DNA from: an uncultured delta proteobacterium
GTDB taxonomy: Bacteria; Myxococcota; B64-G9
Assembly (NCBI GenBank): GCA_963754925.1
Contig: CAVWHX010000004.1
Coordinates: 160,001-224,000 of the forward strand
Length of the DNA: 64,000 nucleotides
Reading direction: 5' to 3'
Part shown: positions 9,640-22,507 of the stretch, piece after piece
Numbering within the stretch: position 1 is the stretch's first letter
Layout: every line of letters starts with the position of its first letter
Translations under genes and position numbers: made by a program
Notes under the pieces: model-generated
What the model was told of the DNA's origin: nothing
The model's input: only the letters and a program-made list of their open reading frames with translations
The model's database searches: none

Positions 9640-12600
9640 ATGAACGCACTCACGGTTTTCATTCGTCGACCGGTGCTGGCCTCCATGGTCACGGTCCTGC
9701 TTTTGGTGCTGGGTTTGTTTTCCTACCGCAAGTTGGGCGTCGACCTCATGCCCAAGGTGGAGATCCCGATGGTCACCATCGTGACCACCTTGCGCGGCGC
9801 ATCGCCGGAAGAAATCGAGTCCCAGGTGACCAAACCTATCGAGGAGGCGGTCAACACCATCTCCGGCATCGACGAGCTGAACTCCATCAACGTGGAAGGC
9901 CTGTCGCGCGTGGTCATTCGCTTCCTCCTGGAGAAACCCATCGACGAAGCCACCCAGGATGTGCGCGATAAAGTCGCCTCTGTCCTCGCGAACCTGCCCG
10001 TGGGGACCGATCCGCCGGTCATCTCAAAAGTGGATCTTGACGCCTTCCCGGTCATGACCATCACGGTTTCGGGTCCGCGGGACCTGAAAGAGGTCTCGGA
10101 GGTAGCCCGGCTCAAAGTCAAGGAAGCCATCGAAAACGTTGACGGCGTGGGCTCGGTAAATCCCATCGGCAACCGCAAACGGGCCATCAACGTGATACTC
10201 GATCTCGATCGGCTCAAGGCCTACGGTATCCCCATATCGCTCGTAAAAGCGGCGTTAGCCGCCCAAAACGTCGAGATCCCCTCCGGACGAATCGATCGCG
10301 GCGCCAATGAACAGGTGCTGCGCACGCTGGCGCGCTTGGAAAAAGTGGAGGAGTTCGAGCGAATAATTATCGCCAACCGCAACGACCGTCAGATTGTGCT
10401 TTCGGACATCGGACGGGCGGAAGACTCGGTTGAAGAACCGCGCACCTTGGCGCGAATCTGGAAGCAGGGCGATACGGGGCGCGGCACCCCGACGGTGTCG
10501 TTGGATATCGTCAAGCAATCCGGCACCAACACCGTGGAGGTGATCGACAACGTCAAGAAACGGATCAAGCAGATCGAACCGTTGTTACCTTCGGGGTATA
10601 CCATCGGCATTGTCTCCGATCAGTCCACCTTCATCCTGCGCTCGATCGAAGAGCTGCGGCTGCACCTGGTCCTGGGCGGATTGCTGGCGGCATTGACGGT
10701 GTTTTTATTCATGCGCAACATCCGCGCGACGATTATTGCGGCCATAGCCATTCCCACCTCGCTCATCGCCACGTTTACCCTCATGCGATCTCTCAACTTC
10801 ACCCTCAACAACATGTCGTTGCTCGGCTTGACCCTGGCCGTCGGCGTGGTCATCGACGACGCCATCGTGGTGTTGGAGAATATCTTCCGGCACATCGAGC
10901 AGTACCACAAAACTCCCTTCCAAGCTGCGGTCGACGGACTGAAGGAAATCGGCTTGGCCGTGCTGGCCACCACCACCTCGTTGATGGTCATCTTCCTGCC
11001 GGTAGCTTTCATGCAAGGCATGATCGGCCGGTTTTTCTATGAGTTTGGGCTCACCGTGGCGTTCGCCATCGGCATCTCGCTGTTGATTTCATTCACCCTG
11101 ACTCCCATGCTCTCTTCCCGCTTTCTCAAGTTTAAACACAAGGCCGAAGATCACGATCACGGAGTCTTGGCGCGCGGCTACGGCGCCACCATCCGGTTCG
11201 CGCTGAAAAACCGGCTGGTCGTCATCGTGATGTGTCTGATTATCGTCGCGTCGGTCGTTCCGCTCGTTAAAAGTGCTCGGCAAGGACTTTCTCCCGCTCG
11301 ACGATCGCAGCGAGTTCCAGGTTTGGACAATCGCGCCGCCCGGCTACAGCCTCGATGGCGTCAGCGAGCTGTTCGGCAAAGTCGAGGATGAAATCCATCG
11401 CCTGCCGGGAATCAAGCTGACCCTCATGCAGATCGGCAGCATGCAAGGCTCCGAGGACGTAACCCGCGGCACCATGTACATCGCCATCGAGGATCTGGAG
11501 AAACGAAACTACAGCCAATTTGACGTGATGAAACAGGTCCGCGGGATCCTCGCGCGCTACCCGGAGATCCGCAGCAGCGTCAATCCGCTCGGCATGGCCG
11601 GCGGCAGCAACCGCCAGGTGCAGCTGCAGTACAACGTGACCGGACCCAACGTCGACGTGCTGCAGCGGGCTTCGGATCAGGTGGTGGCTCAATTGAGAAA
11701 GGTTAAGGGCATTGTGGACGTGGACACGTCGCTGGCCGGCCGTCAACCAGAGATACGGGTGCAGATCAATCGGCCCAAGGCGGCTGATCTGGGCATCATG
11801 GCCGCGGACGTGGCGTCGAGCCTGCGCACCATGGTGGGCGGCGAGATCGTGACCAAGTTTCGGGAGGGCGTGGAGCAATACGACGTTTGGCTGCGGCTCG
11901 ATCACAAAGATCGCGACGACGCCGCGGTTATCCACGAGCTGCCATTGCTTTCCCCAAAGGTGGGCCTGGTGACGCTTTCCCAGGTGGCCGAACTCTCGGA
12001 AGGCAAAGGCCCGTCGGAGATCGACCGGTACAACCGCCAGCGCTTGGTTTCCATCTACGCAAATCTCGATGGCACCGATCTCGGAACCGCCACCCAGAAG
12101 ATCGCGGGCATCGTTAACGGGTTGAAGCTGGGGCCGGCCTACGGCAGCGTTTTCACCGGTCAATCGAAAATGATGGGCGAGTCCATCGGCGAGATGCTGA
12201 CCGCATTCCTGCTGGCGTTTATCTTTATGTATATCGTGCTGGCTTCGCAATTTGAAAGTTTTCTGCACCCGATTACGATTCTGCTCTCGCTGCCGCTTAC
12301 CCTGCCTTTTGCGTTGCTGTCTTTGTTTCTCTTACGCGAGAGCATCAACATCTACAGCTTGTTGGGCGTGTTTATGCTTTTCGGCATCGTCAAAAAGAAC
12401 GGCATCTTGCAGATCGACTATACCAACACGCTGCGACGCTATGGGCGTCCACTCAAAGACGCTATCATCGAGGCCAATATGGCCCGCCTGCGCCCGATCC
12501 TCATGACAACCTTAACGTTGATAGCCGGCATGACACCCATTGCGCTGGGCAGAGGTCCGGGAGCGGCCGCGCGCGCGTCATTGGCCAAGGTCATTATCGG

Positions 12601-12805
12601 CGGCCAGGCGCTCTCGCTGTTTATCACCCTCCTGATTGTGCCGGTCGCTTACTCTCTCTTTGAAGCAGTAAAATCCAGGCTTGGAATCGGTGAGAAAAAG
12701 AGTGTTCCCATAGTCGAAGAAGTAATGACGGAAACGACCGTCGACGCGGAGTCGACCAGCATTTCCACCCTTCCCCGCCCGCTCGAAACCGACGAAGAAA
12801 CGTAA
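9640..12805 (+). CDS. RND efflux permease, AcrB/D/F family (frameshift at ~11270)
   Basis: FIRRPV, GVVIDDAIVVLENI, GIVKKNGIL, RLRPILMT; the two ORFs join as PLVKVLGKDFLP on removing one A from AAAA 11269-11272. Confidence 0.92.
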
Positions 12806-12825
12806 TCCTCGAATAATGTCGAAAT

Positions 12826-12963
12826 CCCTCTCCCAGCATTAGTTGGGAGAGGGTGGTGCGAAGCACCGGGTGAGGGAAACTCGTATCCACCCTCATCCAA
12901 GAGATTCTTGCCTCGCAAAGCGAGGCTTAGAATCTCTTACCTTCTCCCGCCAGCGGGAGAAGG
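12826..12963. repeat. Composite REP-like palindromic element
   Basis: CCCTCTCCC..GGGAGAGGG, GGTGCGAAGCACC, a 40-bp hairpin at 12899-12938 and CCTTCTCCCGC..GCGGGAGAAGG; related copy at 40367-40442. Confidence 0.85.
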
Positions 12964-13073
12964 TAATGCCACGTTCGTGTCGCAGTGATATCGTGATGGA
13001 AGAAAGCCGTCCTTAAACTTCTCGTTTCATTGTAAACTATGCGTTGAGGGTTCAATTCATAGGGGAGGACCGC

Positions 13074-14594
13074 ATGTTCGATTTCCTGACGGAGCTCGGT
13101 GTTCAAGAGGTCAACTCGGGCGCGTGTTACGGCCCGTGGATAGAGAAGCCGACCGGGGGCGAGCTGGTTTCTTGCTCCCCTATCGACGGCAAACCTATCG
13201 CTTCCGTGCGTATGGCGGGCGATGCTGATTACGATCGGGTTGCCGAGGAGGCCGAGAGAGCATTTCGCACTTGGCGCGCGCTGCCTACGCCGAAGTGGGG
13301 AGAGATGGTGCGCCAGCTCGGAGATGAGCTGCGCGCGCATAAAACCGCCCTCGGCAAGCTTATCACCCTCGAGATGGGAAAAATTCTCCCCGAAGGCCTC
13401 GGTGAAGTGCAGGAAATGATCGATATCTGCGACTTCGCGGTTGGGTTATCCCGCCAGCTGTATGGGCTTTCCATGCACAGCGAGCGGCCCTACCATCGCA
13501 TGTACGAACAGTGGCATCCCCTGGGCGTGGTCGGCATTATCACCGCCTTTAACTTTCCGGCGGCGGTCTGGTCCTGGAATGCCGCCATTGCGGCCGTCTG
13601 CGGCGACAGCATGATTTGGAAGCCTTCCTCGCTGACGCCGCTTACGTCCATTGCCATTCAGCGCATTGCCAACCGGGTGATGGAGCGCAATGGGGTGAGG
13701 GGGGTTTTCTGTCTGGCCGTGGGCGGCGGCGATACGATTGGCGAGCGTATCGGCGCCGATACGCGCATTCCGCTCGTGAGTATGACCGGCAGCACGGTGT
13801 CGGGAAAGCGCATCGCCGAGACCGTTGCGAGAAGGCTGGGCCGCACTATCCTCGAGCTCGGCGGCAACAACGCCATCATAATCACCCAAGACGCCAACCT
13901 CGACCTGGTCGTCCGCGCGGTGCTCTTCGGCGCGGTCGGCACCGCCGGCCAGCGCTGCACCACCACCCGGCGGTTGCTCCTTCAAAAGTCCGTGGCCGCC
14001 GAGGTTGAGAAGCGTCTCGTTGAAGCGTACCGGCAAATCCGCATCGGCGATCCGCTTAAAACCGACACGATGATGGGTCCGCTGGTCAACCGTGCGGCAG
14101 TCGACACGATGCTGGCGACCCTCGCGATCATCCAGGAACAAGGCGGGCGGGTTCTCTACGGCGGCGAGGATCTCGCGGGCATGCCCAGCAACTGCTATGT
14201 GTCGCCGGCCATCGTCAAGGCGCTGCCCGATATGCCGATCGTCAAACAAGAGACCTTCGCGCCCATTCTGTATCTCATTGAAGGCGACTCGCTGGAGGAA
14301 CTGATCCACATCCAAAACGATGTACCGCAGGGCCTGTCCTCCGCCCTGTTCACCAACAATCTGCTGGACGCCGAGCGTTTTCTATCCTCCGAGGGAAGCG
14401 ATTGCGGCATCGCCAACATCAATATCGGCACCAGCGGTGCAGAAATTGGCGGCGCCTTCGGCGGCGAAAAGGAAACCGGCGGAGGTCGAGAGGCCGGTTC
14501 CGACGCCTGGAAAAGCTACATGCGCCGACAGACCGTCACCATCAACTACGGCGCCGAACTTCCGCTTGCGCAGGGCATTAAATTTGGGGATTGA
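13074..14594 (+). CDS. Aldehyde dehydrogenase family 7 (piperideine-6-carboxylate dehydrogenase-like)
   Basis: TAFNFP, LELGGNN, GTAGQRCTT, ETFAPILY, GSDCGIAN, GAFGGEKETGGGREAGSD. Confidence 0.92.
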   Translation: MFDFLTELGVQEVNSGACYGPWIEKPTGGELVSCSPIDGKPIASVRMAGDADYDRVAEEAERAFRTWRALPTPKWGEMVRQLGDELRAHKTALGKLITLEMGKILPEGLGEVQEMIDICDFAVGLSRQLYGLSMHSERPYHRMYEQWHPLGVVGIITAFNFPAAVWSWNAAIAAVCGDSMIWKPSSLTPLTSIAIQRIANRVMERNGVRGVFCLAVGGGDTIGERIGADTRIPLVSMTGSTVSGKRIAETVARRLGRTILELGGNNAIIITQDANLDLVVRAVLFGAVGTAGQRCTTTRRLLLQKSVAAEVEKRLVEAYRQIRIGDPLKTDTMMGPLVNRAAVDTMLATLAIIQEQGGRVLYGGEDLAGMPSNCYVSPAIVKALPDMPIVKQETFAPILYLIEGDSLEELIHIQNDVPQGLSSALFTNNLLDAERFLSSEGSDCGIANINIGTSGAEIGGAFGGEKETGGGREAGSDAWKSYMRRQTVTINYGAELPLAQGIKFGD

Positions 14595-14604
14595 TGCCTT
14601 TTTA

Positions 14605-14685
14605 CTGGATTCCCGCCTCCGCGGGAATGACCCCTACGCTGAGCATCACAAGAATGTTGTCATCCCCGCGAATGCGGGGATCCAG
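14605..14685. repeat. Inverted pair of GTCATTCCCGCG-type palindromic repeats
   Basis: CTGGATTCCCGCCTCCGCGGGAATGAC (14605-14631) and GTCATCCCCGCGAATGCGGGGATCCAG (14659-14685) between convergent genes; may also act as a bidirectional terminator. Confidence 0.85.
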
Positions 14686-14694
14686 CATTAGTAC

Positions 14695-15297
14695 CTATTT
14701 CCGGGTATGGTCGTCCTTCCCTAAAATCCCCTCCTCGACCGCCCGATTAATCATGCCCTCGACGAATCGCCACAACGTCGAAGAACCTGCCTCAATCCTC
14801 TTATTAATTTCAAAGATGCGTTCGTAACCAACGTTATTTTCTTTCCATGCCTTGCCTTGGGATTGATAGTTGAGACACACGGCGACGAGCCGATCAATCG
14901 ACCGTGCGAATATCGCCTCGGGTGTGCGGTTGGCCTCGAATTCACGCCATAAGGTTATTAGGTAACTCGTTTGATCTTCGGGCAAAATGCCGAATAATCG
15001 CGTCGCGGCCTTTTCTTCACGTTCGTTCTGCGTTTCCTTGGCTTTCTCGTCATAGATGAAGGTGTCTCCGGCATCGACCTCAACGATATCGTGTATGAGC
15101 GCCATAATGATTACTTTTTGAATATCGATATCACTATTTGAATATTCAGATAACAAAAGGGCCGCGACGGCAAAATACCATGAGTGCTCTGCGTCGTTTT
15201 CTCTTTTAGATCCGTCAGAAATATAATTCCTTCGCACAATTGTTTTCAGTTTATCTATTTCTAACAAAAATTCTACTTGCTTCTTCAATCGCTCCAT
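14695..15297 (-). CDS. HD-domain hydrolase
   Basis: EIDKLK, RENDAEHSW, LIHDIVEVDAGDT, LWREFE. Confidence 0.9.
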   Translation of the reverse strand: MERLKKQVEFLLEIDKLKTIVRRNYISDGSKRENDAEHSWYFAVAALLLSEYSNSDIDIQKVIIMALIHDIVEVDAGDTFIYDEKAKETQNEREEKAATRLFGILPEDQTSYLITLWREFEANRTPEAIFARSIDRLVAVCLNYQSQGKAWKENNVGYERIFEINKRIEAGSSTLWRFVEGMINRAVEEGILGKDDHTRK

Positions 15298-15438
15298 TCG
15301 TAACCCCTGACACGCGGTATGTTGAGTATTGCCTCACCATGCATTGGGCATACTTACGACAAGATTTAATTTTTTCAAGAACAAAAGCGTCACTAAATAA
15401 ACTTGCATTTTCAGGTCATTAGCTATATTGTTGTCGAC

Positions 15439-16371
15439 ATGGCGGGGAAAAAAAACGCCGTCACCTTGAAAAGCGCCGAAAAGGCGCTCTATGACAGCAT
15501 GGAACGCTACCGAACCCTGTTTGGCAATTCCCGCGACGCGATTGTTATAACAAAACCGGACGGCACGTTCGTCGACGTCAACGACGCCACTCTCGAGCTG
15601 TTGGGATATTCCCGGGACGAATTGCTCAAGCAGAACGCCATCATCATGTACACCGATCCCACGGAGCGTCGGAGGTTCATCAACGAGATCAAAGTAGGCG
15701 GATTCGTTCGGGACTTCGACGTCCAGCTCAAGAAAAAAAATGGAACGGTGATTGACTGCCTGTACACGTTTTCCGTCAGAAAAAATAAAGACGGAAGCGT
15801 CATGGAGTACCAGGGCATCATCCGCGACGTCACCGAACGCAAACGCCTGCTTGAGGAGCTGCGGGCGCTTTCGTTGGTTGATGAGCTCACCGGGATCTAC
15901 AATCGACGCGGCTTTTTCTGTATGGCGCGACAGCACTTGAAAATTGCGCGTCGGATGAATATGGGGATGTTTTGCATTTTCGTCGATCTCGATGGCTTGA
16001 AGAACATCAACGATACCTACGGGCACGAGGAAGGCGATCGCGCGCTCGCGGAAACGGCCTACATGCTCAAAGAAACGTTTCGTGAATCCGACATCATCGG
16101 CCGGTTTGGCGGCGATGAATTCACGGTGCTCGTGCTGGATGACGGCGAACATCATGCCGAGGCGATCGTTGACCGACTCCAGGAAAGAGTTAAGCTGAAC
16201 AACGCGCGCGGGGGAAGGCCCTATGAGATATCGTTGAGCCTGGGCATTGCCCTTCACACCGCTCACGCACATGAGACCGTAGAGGAACTCGTGAAACGAT
16301 CAGATGCGCTCATGTATGAGCACAAGAGGACCAAACGAACGGCACGTGTCGCCGGCGACCGCGTTCAATAA
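15439..16371 (+). CDS. PAS-domain diguanylate cyclase
   Basis: PAS/PAC followed by DELTGIYNRR, GHEEGD, RESD (RxxD) and intact RFGGDEF. Start codon uncertain. Confidence 0.92.
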   Translation: MAGKKNAVTLKSAEKALYDSMERYRTLFGNSRDAIVITKPDGTFVDVNDATLELLGYSRDELLKQNAIIMYTDPTERRRFINEIKVGGFVRDFDVQLKKKNGTVIDCLYTFSVRKNKDGSVMEYQGIIRDVTERKRLLEELRALSLVDELTGIYNRRGFFCMARQHLKIARRMNMGMFCIFVDLDGLKNINDTYGHEEGDRALAETAYMLKETFRESDIIGRFGGDEFTVLVLDDGEHHAEAIVDRLQERVKLNNARGGRPYEISLSLGIALHTAHAHETVEELVKRSDALMYEHKRTKRTARVAGDRVQ

Positions 16372-16385
16372 CCAAGGCAGGATTC

Positions 16386-17492
<1,107 letters not shown>

Positions 17493-17788
17493 CGATCGAC
17501 CGCGATCCGGTTTCAGTCGAGATCCGTGGACGCGCCGCCGGTTTTCCCTCTTAGTGGTTTCTGTTACGCTCCTCCATCGCTGAGAAAACAGTGGGCGTTT
17601 TTTTAATTGACACGCGTTTCGCATTAATGTATTCAGATACAGCAATTCATGAATAGGAGCTCCCCTGCCATTGCCATGCAGAACTTTCATGAGGTGCGTA
17701 TGCACCAGTAGTAATGTTGGTGAACTTTCACATCCGCGAACGTCAATGGTACGGCGGATCAATTAATTTATTTTTTTAGGAGCCGCCA

Positions 17789-18247
17789 GTGGAAAGCGCA
17801 TTGCGGATGTCGGAAGCGGTTCAGCTCGCCATTCACGCGGTGACCATCATCGCCCGTATGGCCTACAAAAGCGGCACGGAGCCGACTAAGATAAGTCGCC
17901 TGGCCGAGCTGCTCAACGCCTCGGAAGCACACTTGGGCAAAGTGATGAACCGCCTGGCTTCGGCGAAAATGGTCACCTCCAAGCGCGGTCCGGATGGCGG
18001 CTTTGTGCTCGGACCGCGTGCAACCACAACGACCCTGCTCGATCTCTACGAGATGTTCGACGGACCGCTCGGGCATACCACCTGCCTCCTCGGCTACCGA
18101 CGCTGCCCCTTTGGCGGGTGCGCGCTCGGCGATGCCGTCGTCGTAGCGAACGAGCGCCTCAGGACCATACTCGGCGGCACGGCGCTCAGCGACCTTGCGG
18201 CGCCGCCAACACTTCCATCAAGATGGAAAGAAAGGAAAGCACCATGA
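17789..18247 (+). CDS. Rrf2 family transcriptional regulator
   Basis: SEAHLGKV, SKRGPDGGF, TLLDLYE, three Cys (CLLGYRRCPFGGC); ATGA overlap with hcp. Confidence 0.9.
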   Translation: MESALRMSEAVQLAIHAVTIIARMAYKSGTEPTKISRLAELLNASEAHLGKVMNRLASAKMVTSKRGPDGGFVLGPRATTTTLLDLYEMFDGPLGHTTCLLGYRRCPFGGCALGDAVVVANERLRTILGGTALSDLAAPPTLPSRWKERKAP

Positions 18248-19893
18248 GCATGTTTTGTTACCAATGTGAACAGACTTCCAAAGGGACCGGTTGTACGACG
18301 GCCGGCGTGTGCGGCAAGGACGCGGACACCGCCAAGCTCCAGGACCTCCTGGTTCATGGCGCGAAAGGGATCGCCCGGTACGCGTCTCGAGCGCGTTTGC
18401 TTGGCGCCAAGAATGAGGAGGTGGATCGATTTCTTATCGAGGCGTTGTTCACGACCGTGACCAACGTCAACTTCGATGCGGACCGCATCGCTTCGTGGGT
18501 AAACCGTGCGGCCGAGGTCCGTCAAAACGCGAAACGGATCTACGAGGAAGCGTGTGCAGCCACGGGAAGAGCGCCCGAAAAACTTGACGGCCCGGCAGAC
18601 ATTGCGCTTACCGGAACCACGTCCGACCTGCTCGCCACGGCCGATAGGATCGGGATAGAGCGACGCACGGCTCATACGGTAGTCGATGCAACCGGGCTTG
18701 AAGAACTCATCACCTATGGCCTCAAGGGAATGGCTGCGTACGCCGATCATGCAATGATTCTCGGAAAAACCGACGAGAACGTTTTTGCCTTTTTCAGCGA
18801 AGCGCTTGATTTCTTGACGGTCGAGCATTCGATCGCTGAACTGACCGCGATGGCGCTTAAGGTCGGCGAGGTCAACCTGCGGGTAATGGAGCTTCTGGAT
18901 GCCGCGAACACCGACGCCTACGGCCACCCCCAACCGACGGCGGTGCGCATCGATCCGGTCAAGGGCAAAGCGATTCTGGTCTCGGGTCACGATCTGAAAG
19001 ATCTCGAGGAGCTCCTCAAACAGACCGAGGGAAAAGGCATTAATATTTATACCCACGGCGAGATGCTTCCCGGTCATGCGTACCCTGGCCTGAAGAAGTA
19101 TAAGCACCTGGTGGGAAATTACGGCGGCGCTTGGCAAGACCAAAAGAAGGAATTTGATGCTTTTCCGGGCGCCATCCTGATGACCACCAACTGCCTGCAA
19201 AAACCATCTGACCGTTACCAGAACCGCATCTTTACCTGCGGCCTGGTCGATTGGCCGGGCGTTCGGCACATCAACAACCGCGACTTCACGCCGGTCATTG
19301 AAGCGGCCGCTGCAGCGCCTGGTTTTTCTCAGGCTGGAACCGGAAAGACCATCACGGTCGGCTTTGGTCGGCAGGCCGTCCTGGGGATGGCCGATACGGT
19401 CATACAGGCCGTTAACACGGGCGCCATCAAGCACTTCTTCCTGGTCGGCGGTTGTGACGGCGCGAGATCCGGCCGTAACTACTTCACGGAGTTTGTCGAA
19501 AAAACGCCCAAGGATACAGTCGTGCTCACCTTGGCGTGCGGCAAGTATCGTTTCAACAAGCTCGATCTCGGCGACATCGGGGGCATTCCGCGACTTTTGG
19601 ATATCGGACAGTGCAACGACGCCTATTCCGCAATCCAGATCGCCCTCGCTCTGGCCCAGGCGTTCAAGACCGACGTCAACAGCCTGCCGCTTTCCCTGGT
19701 GCTGAGCTGGTACGAACAGAAAGCCGTCTGCATCCTCTTGACCTTACTGCATCTCGGCATCAAGAACATACGCCTGGGGCCGAGCCTACCGGCGTTTGTG
19801 ACGAAGCCGGTCTTGCAAGTTCTCGTCGAAAAGTTTAACATCGCGCCGATTAAGACGGCCGAGGAGGATTTGAGGGCCATTCTCCGGAGGTGA
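18244..19893 (+). CDS. hcp: Hybrid cluster protein (hydroxylamine/NO reductase)
   Basis: MFCYQCEQT..GC..GVCGK, SGHDL, YTHGEMLP, TTNC, GGCDG, GQCND, SWYEQKA. Confidence 0.96.
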   Translation: MSMFCYQCEQTSKGTGCTTAGVCGKDADTAKLQDLLVHGAKGIARYASRARLLGAKNEEVDRFLIEALFTTVTNVNFDADRIASWVNRAAEVRQNAKRIYEEACAATGRAPEKLDGPADIALTGTTSDLLATADRIGIERRTAHTVVDATGLEELITYGLKGMAAYADHAMILGKTDENVFAFFSEALDFLTVEHSIAELTAMALKVGEVNLRVMELLDAANTDAYGHPQPTAVRIDPVKGKAILVSGHDLKDLEELLKQTEGKGINIYTHGEMLPGHAYPGLKKYKHLVGNYGGAWQDQKKEFDAFPGAILMTTNCLQKPSDRYQNRIFTCGLVDWPGVRHINNRDFTPVIEAAAAAPGFSQAGTGKTITVGFGRQAVLGMADTVIQAVNTGAIKHFFLVGGCDGARSGRNYFTEFVEKTPKDTVVLTLACGKYRFNKLDLGDIGGIPRLLDIGQCNDAYSAIQIALALAQAFKTDVNSLPLSLVLSWYEQKAVCILLTLLHLGIKNIRLGPSLPAFVTKPVLQVLVEKFNIAPIKTAEEDLRAILRR

Positions 19894-20161
19894 GTACTTA
19901 CTCACTCGTGCGCGGCAGTACCCATACGCGCCGGGCAAGGTTGAGCAGGGAGACCCCCGCCGATTGGTTCGTCTCAGCAGTTTCGATGGGATTACGTGTC
20001 GGCAAATAACGGCATGGGCTTCCATTCGCATTAAATGATTCGTATTAATTGTTTTCTTCGAGATAATAGATTGCTATGTATATTCATTCGCAGCCCTAAG
20101 CTGCCTCTATCGGAATCACCTGTTCCTCGGTTAACGGGGCTGCCTATCGAAAGGACATGCA

Positions 20162-20902
20162 ATGCAGACACTTCAGTATCGAACCGAAGGACCTATTGGC
20201 TACCTCACCCTTCATCGCCCCGACAAGTACAATGCAGTTAACAACACCATGATGGAAGAATTAGAACAATTTTGGCGCGAACGACGCTTTGACTCCGACA
20301 CCGTCGTGATAGTGATGGATGGCGGAGAAGCTAAAGGTTTCTGCGCCGGCCTCGATATGAACGAGCTTGGCCCGGCGCTGTTCGCCCAAAATACCGTCGG
20401 CATGTACAATGGTCAGCGCCGGCTCTCGCGCCTGGTCCTGGCCATGCGTCAGGCGCCCCAGCCGATCGTTTGTGCGGTCCATGGCGCAGCCGCCGGGTTG
20501 GGGTTCTCGTTCGCCATGGCCAGCGACATCCGGGTTATTGCTCCCGACGCGCGTTTTTGCGCGGCGTACCTCAACATAGGACTGGGCGGGGCCGACATGG
20601 GGTGCTCCTACCTGCTGCCGCGTCTGATTGGGTCCGGGCGCGCCCATGAGTTTATGCTTGTCGGCAACTGGATGAGCGCCGAAGAGGCCATGCAGCTTGG
20701 ATTTGCCAGCCGATTGGTCCCGCGCGAGCGGCTGTGTGAAACCGCCCGCACCATCGCCGAGACCATGACCACGAAGAACCCACTCGGTATACGCATGACG
20801 AAAGAGGCCATCAATATCTCGATCGACGCGCCCGGATTGGAAGCAGCTCTGGAAATGGAAGATCGCAATCAGACCATGTTGACCATAGATAAAAAAATCT
20901 AG
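20162..20902 (+). CDS. Enoyl-CoA hydratase/isomerase family protein
   Basis: LHRPDKYNA, FCAGLD, AVHGAAAG, ASDIRV, LLPRLIG. Confidence 0.9.
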   Translation: MQTLQYRTEGPIGYLTLHRPDKYNAVNNTMMEELEQFWRERRFDSDTVVIVMDGGEAKGFCAGLDMNELGPALFAQNTVGMYNGQRRLSRLVLAMRQAPQPIVCAVHGAAAGLGFSFAMASDIRVIAPDARFCAAYLNIGLGGADMGCSYLLPRLIGSGRAHEFMLVGNWMSAEEAMQLGFASRLVPRERLCETARTIAETMTTKNPLGIRMTKEAINISIDAPGLEAALEMEDRNQTMLTIDKKI

Positions 20903-20908
20903 TGCCCC

Positions 20909-22409
20909 ATGAGCGAATTTACCGACTACGACAGCTATGATGCGATTGGTATGGCCGACCTGGTGCGCAGGAAAGAAATATACGCTGCCGATCTCTGTGA
21001 AAAAGCCATCAACCGCATAGAAGAAAGAAATCCTCTCATCAACGCCGTCGTCACCAAAATGTACGATCAGGCCCGAAAAAGTATTGATGACAATCTTCCC
21101 GACGGTCCCTTCAAAGGCGTGCCGTTTCTCCTCAAAGATCTTGGTCAGCCGTATGCGGGCGTTCCGATGACGAAAGGATGCAGGGGCTATCAAAATTATA
21201 TACCGGAACAAGACAGTGAGTTAGTGCGCCGATTTAAAAATGCCGGACTCGTTATTCTCGGGAAGACAAACACTCCTGAGTTTGGACTCTTGGGTATTAC
21301 CGAGCCGGAATTGCACGGTCCTACCCGGAATCCATGGAATACCGAGCATACACCGGGTGGCTCAAGCGGCGGTTCCGCCGCCGCCGTTGCCAGTGGTATG
21401 GTTCCGGTCGCGTCCGCCAATGACGGTGGAGGTTCGATCAGGATACCCGCTTCGTACTGCGGTATATTTGGTTTGAAACCTTCGCGCGGCCGCGTCCCTA
21501 CCGGACCGGAATCAGGAGAGTCATGGCAGGGCGCCTCTGTTGATCATGTCGTTAGCAAATCGGTACGAGACAGCGCCGCAATGCTCGATGCGATTCAAGG
21601 GGTGGACGTGGGAGCTCCTTATACCATAACGCCACCCGAGAGACCCTATCGACAAGAAGTAGAAAAAATCGCCCGGCAAGCTGCGAATAGCATTTTGCAG
21701 CACATCACCGCTTCGGACAGCGGTTCATCCTGAATGTGAAAAAGCCGTACAAGAAACCGCAAAACTACTTCAAGAATTAGGTCATTTAGTAGAAGAGGAT
21801 GAGCCGAGTATCGATGGCATCGAGCTCGCGAAGAGTTTTTTTATGATGTACTTCGGTGAGATGGCCGCTGACTTGGATGAATTACAAATATACCTAAAGC
21901 GCAGATTGAAAAACGATGACACCGAAATTTTAACGCGCATACTGGCGTTAATGGGCAACGCGTATACTGCCGGTGAGTTCGTACGATCCATGCGCTGGTG
22001 GAACACGATATCCCGATCGACCGGGGCATTTTTTCAGCGGTATGATGTGTACCTTACACCTACCGTCGCATCGCCGCCGGTGGAAATAGGAGAATTCCAG
22101 CCACCGGCTCTCCTCGTCTTTTTGATGAAAATCCTCACTACGTTGCGGATGGGAAAGACTATCAAAGCAACCGGTGTTGTGGAAAAGGGCTCTATCGAAT
22201 CCCTGGCCAAAACGCCGTTCACCCAGCTCGCCAATATCACCGGCCAGCCGGCGATGTCCGTTCCGCTCCACTGGACGGCTGAAGGCCTTCCCTGCGGCGT
22301 TCAACTTATCGGTCGTTTCGGGGATGAAGCCACGCTCTTTCGCCTAGCGGCACAATTAGAAAAAGCAAGGCCCTGGTTCAACAAACGGCCGATTATTCAA
22401 GCACCCTAG
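20909..22409 (+). CDS. Amidase signature family protein (frameshift at ~21665)
   Basis: [27 protein letters not shown]; continues in +1 frame as SPGKLRIAF...[16 protein letters not shown]...GLPCGVQ. Confidence 0.9.
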
Positions 22410-22507
22410 GAATCGGGTACCGGGCTTCTTTCCCCTCTTTCGTTGTTTGACTACGCCATTGATAGTGGGGTATTTAGAGACTGAGTTTAACGTTAACTCG
22501 GAGCCGC

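Noticed and set aside
12826..14685. Palindromic repeats as a CRISPR array or attC sites
   Set aside because: No regularly spaced direct repeats with unique spacers, and no cas or integron integrase genes.
17716..17735. GTGAACTTTCAC palindrome upstream of rrf2-hcp as an HcpR or Rex site
   Set aside because: Half-site spacing does not fit either consensus as I recall them.
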